Part shown: positions 12,422 through 25,136 of the stretch, one piece after another | How the letters are laid out: every line of letters begins with the position of its first letter | Numbering within the stretch: position 1 is the stretch's first letter | NCBI RefSeq assembly: GCF_032191835.1 | Contig: NC_083227.1 | Coordinates: 166,842,001-166,906,000 of the forward strand | Reading direction: 5' to 3' | Source of the DNA: Heteronotia binoei | Lineage: Eukaryota | Length of the DNA stretch: 64,000 nucleotides | The notes under the pieces: generated by a model | Told to the model about the DNA's origin: nothing | The model's input: only the letters and a program-made list of their open reading frames with translations | Database searches by the model: none | Made by a program: the position numbers and the translations under genes

Positions 12422-13000
12422 CCGAGACCGATGAGAGCCGAGACGGAGCCCAACGTTTGGGAGGGCAGCTCGCAAGGCGCCGCCACCGTTGGAGCCCCGC
12501 AAAAGCCAGCTGATCGCCCTCGGTGCGAAAGAGCAGCAGCGCGGAGGAGCAGCCACGAAGCCGGGGGCCCAGGCAGGCAGGCTCCCCCTTTTGGCCGTCG
12601 AGCATCGCCTGTCTCGGCCGACAGGCGGCGGGGGCGTGGTCAGATATTTGCATAATCTGGTCTCTTGCAGCAGCAGCAGGCGGCGGCGGCGGCTGGGCTC
12701 TCTGCCTGCGAGGCGGAGCGTGGCGCTAAGCGGCGGCAGGGGCAGAGAGCGGGGCTGCGGGGAGGGGAAGCAGAGGACACGCGCGGCACCGTCGCTTCGC
12801 CAGCCTCGCATCGCAGGGGATTCCAGGGGCGCCGGAGCGGGTAAGCGAGCGCTGCTCACGCCCAAAGACACGGCTGCGGCTTCAGCGTGGGGCTCGGGTG
12901 CTCCGAGGCAGAGGATGGGAAGGACACAGACCAATAAGGTCCCCACCTCGCAGCACCTTGCAATCCAACACAAGCCCCGCGGAGGAGCGGGAAGACGAGG
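12422..13000 (+). promoter_or_regulatory. CpG island with a probable non-coding first exon (ends at 12840), likely of RTBDN
   Basis: GGGGCGTGG box ~12630, octamer palindrome 12641-12660, (GCA)4(GCG)n leader, donor CGG|GTAAGC at 12840/12841. The next strong + acceptor with an ATG is at 26636. Linkage to RTBDN is inferred. Confidence 0.6.
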
Positions 13001-13001
13001 G

Positions 13002-13950
13002 GCATCTGAAGCTGCCTTCTGCTGAATCAGACCCTTCTTGGTGCATCGAAGTCAGTCTTGTCTTCTCAGACTGGCAGCGGCTCTCCAGGGTCTCAAGCTT
13101 GAGGTTTTTCACACCTACTTGCCTGGACCCTTTTTAGTTGGAGATGCCGGGGATTGAACCTGGGACCTTCTGCTTACCAAGCAGATGCTCTGCCACTGAG
13201 CCACCGCCCCTCCCCTAACTGGCAGCGGCTCTCCAGGGTCTCAAGCTTGAGGTTTTTCACAGCTATTACCTGGACCCTTTTTAGTTGGAGATGCCAGGGA
13301 TTGAACCTGGGACCTTCTGCTTACCAAGCAGATGCTCTACCACTGAGCCACCGTCCCTCCCCTAACTGGCAGCGGCTCTCCAGGGTCTCAAGCTTGAGGT
13401 TTTTCACAGCTATTACCTGGACCCTTTTTAGTTGGAGATGCCAGGGATTGAACCTGGGACCTTCTGCTTATCAAGCAGATGCTCTACCACTGAGCCACTG
13501 TCCCTCCCCTAACTGGCAGCGGCTCTCCAGGGTCTCAAGCTTGAGGTTTTTCACAGCTATTACCTGGACCCTTTTTAGTTGGAGATGCCAGGGATTGAAC
13601 CTGGGACCTTCTGCTTACCAAGCAGCTGCTCTACCACTGAGCCACCGTCCCTCCCCTAACTGGCAGCGGCTCTCCAGGGTCTCAAGCTTGAGGTTTTTCA
13701 CAGCTATTACCTGGACCCTTTTTAGTTGGAGATGCCAGGGATTGAACCTGGGACCTTCTGCTTACCAAGCAGATGCTCTGCCACTGAGCCACCGTCCCTC
13801 CCCTAACTGGCAGCGGCTCTCCAGGGTCTCAAGCTTGAGGTTTTCACGCCTATTTACCTGGACCCTTTTGAGTTGGAGATGCCAGGGATTGAACCTGGGA
13901 CCTTCTGCTTACCAAGCAGATGCTCTGCCACTGAGCCACTGTCCCTCCCC
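13002..13950 (-). mobile_element. tRNA-derived SINE with six tandem 147-bp head units
   Basis: Unit starts at 13071, 13219, 13366, 13513, 13660 and 13807; a single tail at 13002-13070. This explains the repetitive 270-aa ORF. Confidence 0.92.
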
Positions 13951-15000
13951 AAATCACTCATCGTAGAGTAGTTAACCTTCAGTGCGCTTCACTTGTAATT
14001 CAAAGCGTTCAAAGCGTGGGTCTTTATATCCAGGAGTTTCAGTCACTGTGGTTGGCAGCAGGACCGCCCCTAGACTGTCTGGCACTATAGGGGAGGCTAA
14101 CTTCTGGTGCTGCCCCCCCCCCCACCACTGATAATGTCTCCGAGTCACAGGGAGGCACCCAATTCAGTACCCCAGAAGGCCCGTGCCCTACACAATAGCC
14201 TAGTTTGCCTAGTGGGAGAGCCAGCCCTGGTTGGGGGATTATAAGAATGGGGTACGAGTTTTCAGGTTGAATTATTCTCTGGTATAGAATATGCACCCCT
14301 GTAACCTGCTGAGCGCTCATTAGAGTCCTGTTTTGTTTTTGCTCCACTGGGTGTCAGAAAGCGTCATATTCTTTCCACCGTTCTGCTTTGATTGCGGGAA
14401 GAAGAATCCTGCAGAGTTCATCCTTTACCTCAAGGGTAGTCATAGTCCAGTGCGCGAAGGACCTTCGTGATTAGTGAGAAGCATAATGCCTGAGAGTCGC
14501 CGGAAGGTGTTTTCATCTTGGAATGCTGTGATTTGTTGGCTATTACTGATGAATTTTATGATTGAATTAAGTTTTATAAATTGACTGTTTTATCCAATGT
14601 TGTAACTGCCCTAAACCCTGTATCTCAGGAGAGGGCGGAATATTAATTAATTCAGCATATAGGAAAGTGGGATATTGACTATAAATTAGTCTAGGTCTGC
14701 AGTGCTTCATTGCTTAATGGGATAGATTAATCATTTTGTTATCCTAGATCAATTATAAAGATGCCTCCAAATGAATCAGACAATGGGCTTGTTTAAAAAA
14801 AATGTTAATTGTTTTAATACAAGCCTCTGATACCCTGTAGCAAGCAACCAAACCCCATCTTAGAAGAAGTGTCCCCCTCCACTTGTCTCTCACCTGGGAA
14901 TGTCTCCTCTGACCTGCCTGCTGTGTATAAGGATTTAGTTAATTAAATGGCTAAAAGCCACATTACTTAATTGATTGGGGCTGCAATCTTGACCTTTCTT

Positions 15001-15280
15001 AAGAAGAAGAAGATATTGGATTTATATTCCGCCCTCCACTCCGAAGAGTTTCAGAGCAGCTCACAATCTCCTTTACCTTCCTCCCTCACAACAGACACCC
15101 TATGAGATGGGTGGGGCTGAGAGGAGTCTCACGGCAGCTGCCCTTTCAAGGACAACCTCTGCCAGAGCTATGGCTGACCCAAGGCCATTCCAGCAGGTGC
15201 AAGTGGAGGAGTGAGGAATCAAACCCGGTTCTCCCAGATAAGAGTCTGCACACTTAACCACTACACCAAACTGGCTCCCT
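15001..15280 (-). mobile_element. SINE with tRNA-like head, L2-type tail and (TTC)n end
   Basis: Reverse complement of the family at 32143-32475. Confidence 0.85.
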
Positions 15281-16273
15281 ACTTAACCACTACACCAAAC
15301 TTACTAGAGAGTAATCCCATTGAGATAAATGGTAATTATTTCCTAGCCATATTTAGGATTGCGCTGTAGGTGTACCGGCTTTCTGAGCGTGCTTCACTAG
15401 TCTTCTTAGTTGCAGGAGTACAAAGGGAAGGGGAGAAGCCAGAACCAACAACAAGAGCTAGAGAAAGGGTAGACAACACTTGTGCAACAAGATGACTTTG
15501 GAGCAGAAGAACAGAGTGAAGGAGAGTGATGAAAAATTATTTTTTCACTATTTGATAACCTACAGGGTGCCTGCCCATGTCTAAATGCCCAAGCCACTTA
15601 TTATTAAGACTTGTATTGAGAGTCCCCACCCCAGTCATACTCAAATAGCAAGAGAGGGAGGAATTCTAATTGTTTTGGTTTTATTTATAATTTAAATGTC
15701 TAGATTTCCCTCCCTTGAGTATGCAAGGCTCAGGGCAATGAACAACAGCAACGATAAAAAATTTGATGATAAAACAATTGGCATAATATATAATTAAATT
15801 AATATGTTGGATGGCCCAGTCCCAGGGTAGACCATTGTTTGATCCCCAAAGAATAAGAGAAACAAAATAAAGACATTGATCATGGAATGGAGCAACTTCT
15901 GTTAGTTGAAAACTGGAACGAGTGAAAAAGCTTCCAAGTAATACAGAGCTCATAATTCATGCCAGATATTTGCATAATCTGGAAATTTAATATCTATATG
16001 TTCACAGAAGAATTCATTTTTTTTCTGTTTGTTTACTGTGAAGAGTCTGGATGACTCCATGTGCAAATTCTCAGTGCTCCCTCTAAACCCCGGAGTCTTG
16101 AGAGCAAAAAATCTACTTTGAAAGCTACAGGCATCAAAGATGTGAGTGAGTGGTTTGTCAACGGCATCAATTAGTTTGCTCTGGGGCCATTTGTCCTGAG
16201 CTAAGACAAAAATGTGTCAGCCATAGGCCAAAAAGCTATGAGCTAGCTCACATTAATTCAGCTTAGAAGGAAC

Positions 16274-16827
16274 TAGGGTTAAGTCCAATTCAAGAAATAT
16301 CTGGGGACTTTGGGGGTGGAGCCAGGAGACTTTGGGGGTGGGGCCAGGAGACTTTGGGGTGGAGCCAGGAGACATTAGGGGTGGAGCCAAGATCAAGGCT
16401 GTGACAAGCATAATTGAACTCCAAAGGGAGTTCTGGCCATCACATTTAAAGGGACAACACACCTTTTTAAATGTCTTCCTTCCATAGGAAATAATGAAGG
16501 ATAGGGGCACCCTCTTTTGGGGCTCATAGAATTGGACCCCCTGGTCCAATATTTTTGAAACTTGGGGGGTACTTTGGGGAGAGGCACTAGATACTATATG
16601 GAAAGTTTGGTGCCCCTATCTCAAAAAACAACTCCCCCAGAGCCCCAGATACCCGCGGATCAATTCTCCATGATTTTCTATGGGAATAAATCTCCATCGG
16701 GAATAATAGCGTTCCCAGCAGACATTTCCCTCCCCTCCCCTCCCCCCGCTTTCTGATGACCCTGAAGCGGGGGGAGGGCCTCCAAACCGTGGGATCCCCT
16801 GCCCCCACCTGGGGATTGGCAACCCTA
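16274..16827. mobile_element. VNTR-bearing hAT MITE, complete
   Basis: TIRs tagggtt.../...ggcaacccta; 8-bp TSD gaaggaac / gagggaac; 4 VNTR units. Confidence 0.9.
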
Positions 16828-17610
16828 GAGGGAACACCAGTACAAACTGATGCATGTGTATGTACGATGCATGAAGTTTTAAAAAAGAAACAAACTTTGC
16901 AGCATGTATAATTTAGTTTCATTTGTACAAGCACATTAGTAGATAGTGAAGCAATGGAAGAAAAACAGTAAAGGAATCATCTCCTTTTTTTATTTTGTCC
17001 TAGACCTAGAAGAAAGAGAGTAGATAAAGACAAAGAGGTCCTAAGCTAAGGTACTGGGCCTCTGATATAATGGTCGGTAGCTGTTACTTGGTTGTGGGAT
17101 TATTTAGGGTTTTTGATCTTTCCTGCCCTTTCCCTTTGCCCACTAACTCCTGAGACTTCCAGAATACTGGAGATGGCGATTACAGGACTCACATGGACAA
17201 TATATATGGCTTTTTTGTAGAATATATAAATGGCTTTTTCTACAGCAAGAACTCATTTGCACATTAGGCCACACCCCTGGTGTCACCAGAATTGATGCCC
17301 CCTCTTCAGGAGGTTCCTTTCCGCGTGCTGACACAGAACAGTGCAGCGCCGTCAGCTGCATTTCATGGACATGTTCTCACACAGCCCAACGAGAGACCTT
17401 GTTTTGCCCTCCCCAAACATGACCAAAGAGAGAGAGCCACGTGTGACAGAGTGGGCAGTGGCAGGCCCAGCTTCTCCTGGGAGGGGGCACTCATGGGTGG
17501 CTCCACGTCTCTTACTCTCTTTGCAAGCCCGTTGGAGAGGACAGAGCAGGCAGTCTGGGACTGCATGGCTGCCTAGTACCTTCCCTCTGCCTAAAACCTT
17601 TTCTTTTTAG

Positions 17611-17647
17611 CTGGAGCTCTGGCCAAGCCAACCAGAACGACGTTCCT
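17611..17647 (+). other. Candidate 37-nt 5'UTR exon (RTBDN?)
   Basis: Pyrimidine tract ccttttctttttag| and donor cct|gtgagt, lying in non-repetitive sequence. Confidence 0.3.
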
Positions 17648-18981
17648 GTGAGTTCCTGCTAAAAAACCCTAAAACTCTATATATGCATATGTGTGTGTGT
17701 GTGTGTAAATCCAGCCTTCTTGTTAAGATCTGCCTAGGGCTATCATGTCTCTTCTGGCCCAGGGGCGTAGCTAGGATTGTTTAGGTTGGGAGGGCTTTAA
17801 AAAAAATTGGGGGCAGCCAAATTTTTAAACAGGCCCCTGTCCTACAAAGGTGGGGTCAGGAGGCGGCGTCTAACTGCTTCTTGCAGCCAGCCAGAAAAGT
17901 CACCATCTGGTTATGAGAAGCAGAGGCAACTTCCATTTCTCAGAGAGAGAGAGAGAGGTGCGACCAAGAGGTCCAATCTTCCTGCTTCTTACAACTGGCT
18001 GGAGAACTCTCTGGCTAGCTGCGAGAAGCAGCCAGACATCCTGACCTGTGGCCTTCCCTCTCTGCCTCCACCTGAGGGCAGCCCCCTCTCCCCTCCATGA
18101 TTCAAATCAGGAGCAGCCACCGGCCCCCCCACATGATTTAAAGGCCTCGCCAATCAGCTGTTCAGCAGGCCCTTTCAATGGTGAAGAGAGGCTGTGACTG
18201 CTTCTGCACACCCCTGCCACACAATTTGAATTGCAAGGAAGGGAGGAGGCCACTGCGGTGGCATGGAGGATAGGTCACAGGTTGGGGGCCCACCCAGAAG
18301 TCAGGGTGGGGCCCCCATGGCCCCCGCTGTGGCTACAGGCCTGCCCTGACCACTGGCTGGAGATGGGGGGAGATAGGGTGGCCATAGAGTCTACCCTCCA
18401 AAGCATCGATTTCCTCCAGAGGGACAGGTCTCTGTAGTCTCTCTGTAATTCTGGGGGGTCCCCAGGTCCCACCTGGAGGCTGACATCTCTAGTCAGTGGC
18501 GCCTGGGGTGGGCAGGGTTTGGAGAGGACAGGGACCTCAGTGAGGTACAATGCCATTGAGTCCACCCTCTAAAGCATCCATTTTCTCCAAGGGAACTGAT
18601 CTGTATAGTCTGGAGATGAGCTGTGATTACAGGGGATCGCCAGGTCCCACCTGGAGGCTGGAATTCTTAGCTCTGCTTCACAAGCTTTACTCTCTTTACC
18701 GCCACGTTCAGAGTCTCTGCCTTGAGTCCAAAGGAGAATGGCAGACTATAAATAATATAAATTAATAAATAAAGGTGAGGCAGGGCTCGTTCAGTAATGG
18801 TACCTCACTTGTGGATTGTCCTGCCTCTTGTGGTGGTACATAGGTTGCTTTCTTTTAGATGCCAGGCCAAAATATTTCTATTCACCCAAGCTTTTAATTA
18901 AGAGGCTAATTTTTTAAAATACTGTTTTAGTATGGTAATTATTATTTTAAACGGTCTGTGGTCTGTTCTCATGATCTATAG

Positions 18982-19095
18982 CAGGAGTGCCCAACGGTAG
19001 CTCTCCAGATGTTTTTTTGCCTACAACTCCCATCAGCCCCAGCCATTAACCATGCTGGCTGCGGCTGATGAGAGTTGTAGGCAAAAAACATCCGG
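18982..19095. mobile_element. Small palindromic hAT MITE (decayed)
   Basis: Same family as 44266-44402. Confidence 0.75.
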
Positions 19096-19999
19096 CCACC
19101 TCTGCTCTATATTTTAAGGCTGGGCTGGGGATCCCCCTCTCCCTAGGTTTTAGTTTATTTCTTCTAATGCTTTGTGTTTATTACTTTCATTTTGTAAGCC
19201 ATCTTGGACAGGCTCTAAACTAAATATATAATCAAAAAGACACATGGTCCAATGGCTGCGGGCAAAATTGTCCCTTTTTCTCTTTCTTTTGCCAGCAGAT
19301 GGTGACACAAGAGCAAATGGGGGCAATTTTGCCCAGCTCCCCCCCTCCCCACACACGCAGCTCCTTCAGCACCAGCTTTTTCAATGTCTCAGGGGAGCGT
19401 TGAAGAAAGAGAAAGGAAGTGGGGGGAAGGAACTGAGAAAGATCCGTGTCAGCAAGCAGCTTCCACTAGGGCTCAATCAACACCAGCAACTTCACATATT
19501 TGCATCCTTCTTTCCCTGACTACAGTCAGCCAAAGAGGAAGGAGGTAGAGATGGGGGTTCTTTAGGACCAGAAGCCAGCTTCTTGGAGGCCTTCCTCTAA
19601 TCTTTGCTGGGATTGAGGTCACAAGTATTTTCCAGGCACCTAGCCAGGGAATCAGAAGGATGAGTCAGAGCAAGGCCACCTGAGAGCCACAGTTCAATGC
19701 CAGTCATCTTTATCTCTCAAGGGCTGGAGTATAACATCCTATCACGATTCAGGAGTCTAGCATCACATTCTGTGTCTGGAACAAACACAGACAGCCAGAG
19801 AAAGGCAGAAGTTTTAGACCAATGGACAAAGCATTGACTTGGATCTGGAAGAAGGGGGTTCAAGTGTCTGATCTGGTGCCTGGGGAAAACATGTCTTGCA
19901 AATGGGGAACTGAGACTGATGAAATGGTGGTCTACCACTCGTGCTTGTTTTAAGGCAAATAAGATAAACATTCTTGCGCATCAACAGTCATACATACGA

Positions 20000-20209
20000 A
20001 CATACTAAGCTGCCTTATACTGAATCAGACTCTTGGCCCATCAAAGTCAGTATTGTCTTCTCAGACTGGCAGCGGCTCTCCAGGGTCTCAAGCTGAGGTT
20101 TTTCACACCTATTTGCCTGGACCCTTTTTTTTTGGAGATGCCGGGGATTGAACCTGGGACCTTCTGCTTCCCAAGCAGATGCTCTACCACTGAGCCACTG
20201 TCCCTCCCC
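20000..20209 (-). mobile_element. tRNA-derived SINE, monomer
   Basis: Same family as 2976-3324, with a single head. Confidence 0.85.
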
Positions 20210-22174
20210 AATCTGAATTATAGGTTAATTCATATTTTATAGACTAAAGATCATCAGACAGCTCTGAATTAGGAGAAGACTGAGCTTTGTGTAAGACAAT
20301 TTAGAAAGAAAGTTTGTAGTGAAAAGTTCATTTTAATAGTGCGGATTCCATGTGGATTCTGAGACATTTAAATCTTCAGAACTAATGAGTCAAATCATTT
20401 TTGTCATTAGAAAACTGACCAATTACAAGATAGGCTCAGGTGGGCGGCTGTGTTGCTCTGAAGCAGCAGGACAAAGTTTGAGTCTAGTCGCACCTTTAAG
20501 ACCAACAAAGTTGTGTGCTTTTGTGTACATCTGAGGATACGTTTGTGCACATGAAACAAAATTGTGTGCAAGCGCACTTCCTCAGCTCATACCTCAAATA
20601 AGATAGCTCAAATGAGATTGCTCCACTGGACTCAGTGTTTGTTCTGAACAATTACAAGTGAACTAGACTTAAAGTCTGATTTGGTTGGCACGCTGTGAGA
20701 TTGATTTGGGGTTTGAATGTCTGTTGAGCAGTGGTCTTCAACATGGTGCCCTTGGGTGACATGACACCCTCCAAGCGTTTCCAGAAAGTTGACACATTTT
20801 CCCCCCAGAAAGGATTCTGATTGGCCACTGAATATCTGATCAACTGTGCAGCTCAAGGATCTTCACTGAGTGACCAAGAGGTATGCAAGAAACAACTTTT
20901 AAACTATATGTCCACCTAAAAAGGCATCTTGTTAACAGAGCTTTTGCTGAAATGTTGTAGAGTTACTGTTAGAGTTATGCCTGACATTTTGTGGTTGGCT
21001 CCGCCTCCAGGGGCTGCAAATTTGTGGTTGTACTCACTATTCGGTGTCAGAATTTCAAAGGTACTCTCAGGCTCAAAAAGGTTGGTGAGCCTTGTGCGTT
21101 AACATAATAGTTTAATGTAATATATCAAACTTTCTGGGAAGAGAGAACTTTTGGGGTCGAGATTTCTCCCCCTCACAAAAGGAAAGGTAGAGAGACTGCT
21201 TGAGTGGAATTTCTATACTACTGAGGATCAGCATTTCTTCTAGCATGAAGCTGCATCATGTGGGAATATATTGAATGTGTAAATTGGGGCAAAGATGCCA
21301 CCATCTCCATTAATAAGAACTGTTATAAGTGGTCACACATTAATGTATGTTGTCTTAAAAGACCAGAGCAGAGCGAGGCAAGTGGGCATGAAGGCGCAAG
21401 CTACTAGAAGAATGACATATAGATTGGGAGAAAAGGTTTAAATATGGGATTCTGCTTACAGTTTTGGGAGCTCAAAAGTCCTGTGGTATGACGACGTCCT
21501 TTCTCTATCCCTTCCCCTGTAGCTTGTGTCTGAAATTGAATGTAGGGAGTCCACATACTTCTCAAATATATTTCAAGATGTACACACATTCTGTGCCGCT
21601 AGGATAGCCTGGTCCCCCAACCACTGAAGGGGGTTGGGGTATGGGGCTGGGAAACTCCTTGAGATTTAGGGGTGGCACCTAGAGAGGATAGGGACCTCAG
21701 GGAAGTACAATGCCATAAAGTCCACCCTCCAAAGCATCTTTTTTCTACAGGGGAACTGATATCTGTATTCTGGAGATGAGATGTAATTCCAGGTGATCCC
21801 CAGCTCCCACCTGGAGACTAGCATCCTTATGACCCAGACTGGAAACACAAAGGAATTAAGCTTTATCTGTTGGCCTAAAAATGTATTTAAAAAAAAAAAA
21901 GGCTAATCGTTATAGATTAGGCTAACTCACTGAAATTAATTCCTGGGGGGTAACCACATTAGTCTGTTTCAGCAAATATAAACAGGAGTCACATGGCACC
22001 ATAAAGGTGGGCTAGAGATGAAATCTCTTCAGGTGCAATTACTGGATCCTAACTATACAATCATGTTATGTAAGTCAGGGTCAAGGGGCCAAGAAGTACA
22101 GGAAATGCAGAGTGAAATGTAAATTTGAATCTAATCAAGACAGTGTTTTATTATATATTGTATTACAAATGTGT

Positions 22175-22645
22175 ATAATAATAATAATAATAATAATAAC
22201 TTTATTTTTATATCCCGCCCTCCCCCGCCGAGGCGGGCTCAGGGCGGCTAACAGACATGGAGATCCCATGATTCATATAAACAATATAAACAATTTTAAA
22301 TATAACAATTGCATAATAAATTATTTAGAATAGATAAAAGGTATAAAATGGGTGCTAAAATACTGTAATCATAATATCCACAAGATGGCTAGATGTCCAC
22401 ACGTCAGATTAATCGGGTTCTATCTCGAAAGCGAGCTGGAAAAGAAATGTTTTGCAAGCCCTGCGGAATTGGTTCAGGTCCCGCAGGGCTCGCACCATCT
22501 CTGGAAGGTGGTTCCACCAACGAGGGGCCATCACTGAGAAGGCCTGCTCCCTAGTAGCCTTCAACCTAGCATCTCTTGGCCCAGGGATTGTTAGTAAGTT
22601 CTGAGAGCTAGATCTCAGTGCTCTCTGGGGCACATATGGGGCACG
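22175..22645 (-). mobile_element. L2 3' fragment
   Basis: PQRALRSSSQNLLTIPGPRDARLKATREQAFSVMAPRWWNHLP...; (AAT)n tail. Confidence 0.88.
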
Positions 22646-23270
22646 TATGCTGCCTTTCTGACCTCATCAGGTCCACCAAGGTGGCTGATAGATTAAAGAC
22701 ATACGTCATAAATACACATATTTAAAAAACCATTAAAACTTAACAAAAACACCGTTAAACCAAGCTAAAATATACATAAACATAAAAATATTTTCTTTTT
22801 AGATCTGAATTTTAGACTACATGTAATCTTGTATTTCCTTTGTTTTAAAAACCTTGTGACCCTGCTGTCTGTTAATTTTTTCAAACCTTCAGCAGAAAAG
22901 TTCTGCCTAGTAAGCAGCCACTCATTGTGCCCGAAGAAGTGGGCTCTTCTAGCCCATGAAAGCTTATGCCAGAATAATAGTTCATTAGTCTTGAAGTTGG
23001 CTCAAGACCTCTGTTTATCTTCACTGAAGTATACACAGCAAAAGGAAAGATGAGGTCAGTTTGCCCAGCAAGTTCTTGTTATGGTAATATTTCGGTCCTT
23101 GGGCACACTTTTCTCAAAGTCATAGCAGAAAGCAGCAATGAGTATGGATTAAATGTATTTCACTTTCCAATGCTTCATTTTTCAAGGGAAATCCTATATA
23201 TGTTCTTGCACTGCCAGGGAAACTTTGTGTTTACAACTAAATTTGGAACTTGAGGTCTCTTTATTTCTGT

Positions 23271-23757
23271 TAGGGTTGCCAAATCCAATTCAAGAAATAT
23301 CTGGGGACTTTGGGGGTGGAGCCAGGAGAAAGGTTGTGTGTGGCAAGCATAATTGAACTCCAAAGGGAGTTCTGGCCATCACATTTAAAGGGACCGCACA
23401 CCTTTTAAATGCCTTCCTTTTGTTGGAAATAATGAAGGATGTGGGGCATCTTCTTTTGGAGCTCAAAGAATTGGACCCCCTGGTCCAATCTTTTTGAAAC
23501 TTGGGGGGTCTTTTGAAGAGAGGTGTTGGATGCCAAGTTGCAAATGTGGTACCTCTACCTCAAAAAACAGCCCCCCCCCAGAGCCCTAGATACCCTCGGA
23601 TCAATTCTCTGTTATTCCCAATGCGAATCAGTCTCCTTAGGGAATAATGAAGTGCCTAGCAGACATTCCCCCCTCCCCTGCTTTCTGATGACTCTGAAGC
23701 GAGGGGAGGGCCTCCAAACCTGGGGATTCCCTGCCCCCACCTGGGGATTGTGCAACT
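23271..23757. mobile_element. hAT MITE copy (1 VNTR unit) with an interrupted right end
   Basis: Starts tagggttgccaaatcc; the terminal motif reappears at 24260-24287. Confidence 0.8.
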
Positions 23758-25136
23758 CACAAAGGGAATCACGGCAAAAATAGACAGAGAAATCCAAAGC
23801 CCAAGGCTTTCCGTAAAGACCAGCCTCCGTATCAACATCAAACTTAATAAACAATACAAGAAAACACTTTTCAAGTGCCCTTCAGTATGATAATGGAATG
23901 GCGTTTTTTGCCCAGGGTATGAAAATATTGTTAAAAGGATTATTTGCAGCTTGAAGAAGCTTGGGCGAAACAAGGGTTCCAGTACGACCTTGTCTTCTCA
24001 ATTTTTGGAGTATTGGCTGCATATATTAAGAGATATTGATCATCGGTACAACTCTTTCACCAGGATTCTTTGGAATGAACTGAACAATTTGCCACAAAGA
24101 CTGGATTAATTCTTGGTGAACACGTTTCCTTTTGTGTTAAGGACTAATTGTATGGTCTTCTATGAAATAATATATGCTTATGTTTTCTTGTATTGTTTAT
24201 TAAGTTTGATGTTGATACGGAGGCTGGTCTTTACGGAAAGCCTTGGGCTTTGGGTTTCTCTGCCCACCTGGAGATTGGCAACCTTAATTTCTGTAGTGCT
24301 GGGTGATTTACTCTTCTTCCGTGGTGGAAGTGCTCAGATTGTAGAAAGTGTGTGAAAGATTTGAGGATGAGGGACCTGTGATGATCTGAGAACTGATCCA
24401 GAGCAGTTTATCAGGAAGCGGAAACCATGTAGAGTGGATTCTTCATAGAACCCCAACCTCCTTTCTAGGCTTTGATTTTTGTCCTGTGTCTGTATGATCC
24501 TCAGAGTATTTTGAAACCCACTTTCTACATTCTCCTCATGGATTAGAAATCCAGAAGGTAACTGACATATAGGAATTTGTCCAAAGCAGCACAGTGAGTC
24601 CTAGATAGTGGCTTAGCAGAGCTGATGTAGGACAGTCTGGTATAGTTGATAGGATTTGCTACATACGCCATCATGGAGCCACTTTATCTCTCTGTATTAT
24701 CTGTCTCCCTTAAATATCATCTAAGAGATGAAGCAATAAAGATAGTAGTTCAACCACAAACAGACCTATGAATAAAGTACAATGTGCGTGGCTGTAGGAT
24801 ACAAATTCAGCAATAATAACAATTTATTAATACACATTTATTGTGAAATAGCAAACAATAGTATACATGTGTTTAACTCTATAAAAATTTAAAGGTTTCC
24901 CTCTTCAAGCATGATGCATTAAGTGTAGCACTTCACTTTTTTTTTCCAGTGAGAGAGAACCCTAAAGTTGTGGCAATTCAGTTCTCATTTCTGCAAATTC
25001 AGTTCACAGTTCCAGATGGCTTGCCAGCTTCATTCCAGTTCTGAGTAGATCTTCATCAGAGTAATTCTTATCTTACAATTTCAAATAAAGTGCATCAATA
25101 TATTTTGAAGCTTCAAATGAGCAGCCATTATCTTTT

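Noticed and set aside
12419-13025. 178-184-aa ORFs across the CpG island (also 61355-62050)
   Set aside because: Expected in stop-poor GC-rich DNA; no domain is recognisable, and a splice donor interrupts the + frame.
13071-13950. Regularly spaced repeats resembling a CRISPR array or tRNA gene cluster
   Set aside because: No unique spacers and the genome is eukaryotic; units are SINE heads without a tRNA 3' acceptor stem.
13154-13966. 270-aa ORF with 49-aa repeats
   Set aside because: Antisense reading of the 147-bp SINE head array.
17143-17361. Minus-strand ORF ending at a good GTGAGT donor (possible MAST1 first exon)
   Set aside because: No similarity to MAST N-termini that I recognise, and part of it (gaactcatttgcacattaggccacaccc) matches a repeat also present at ~49740.
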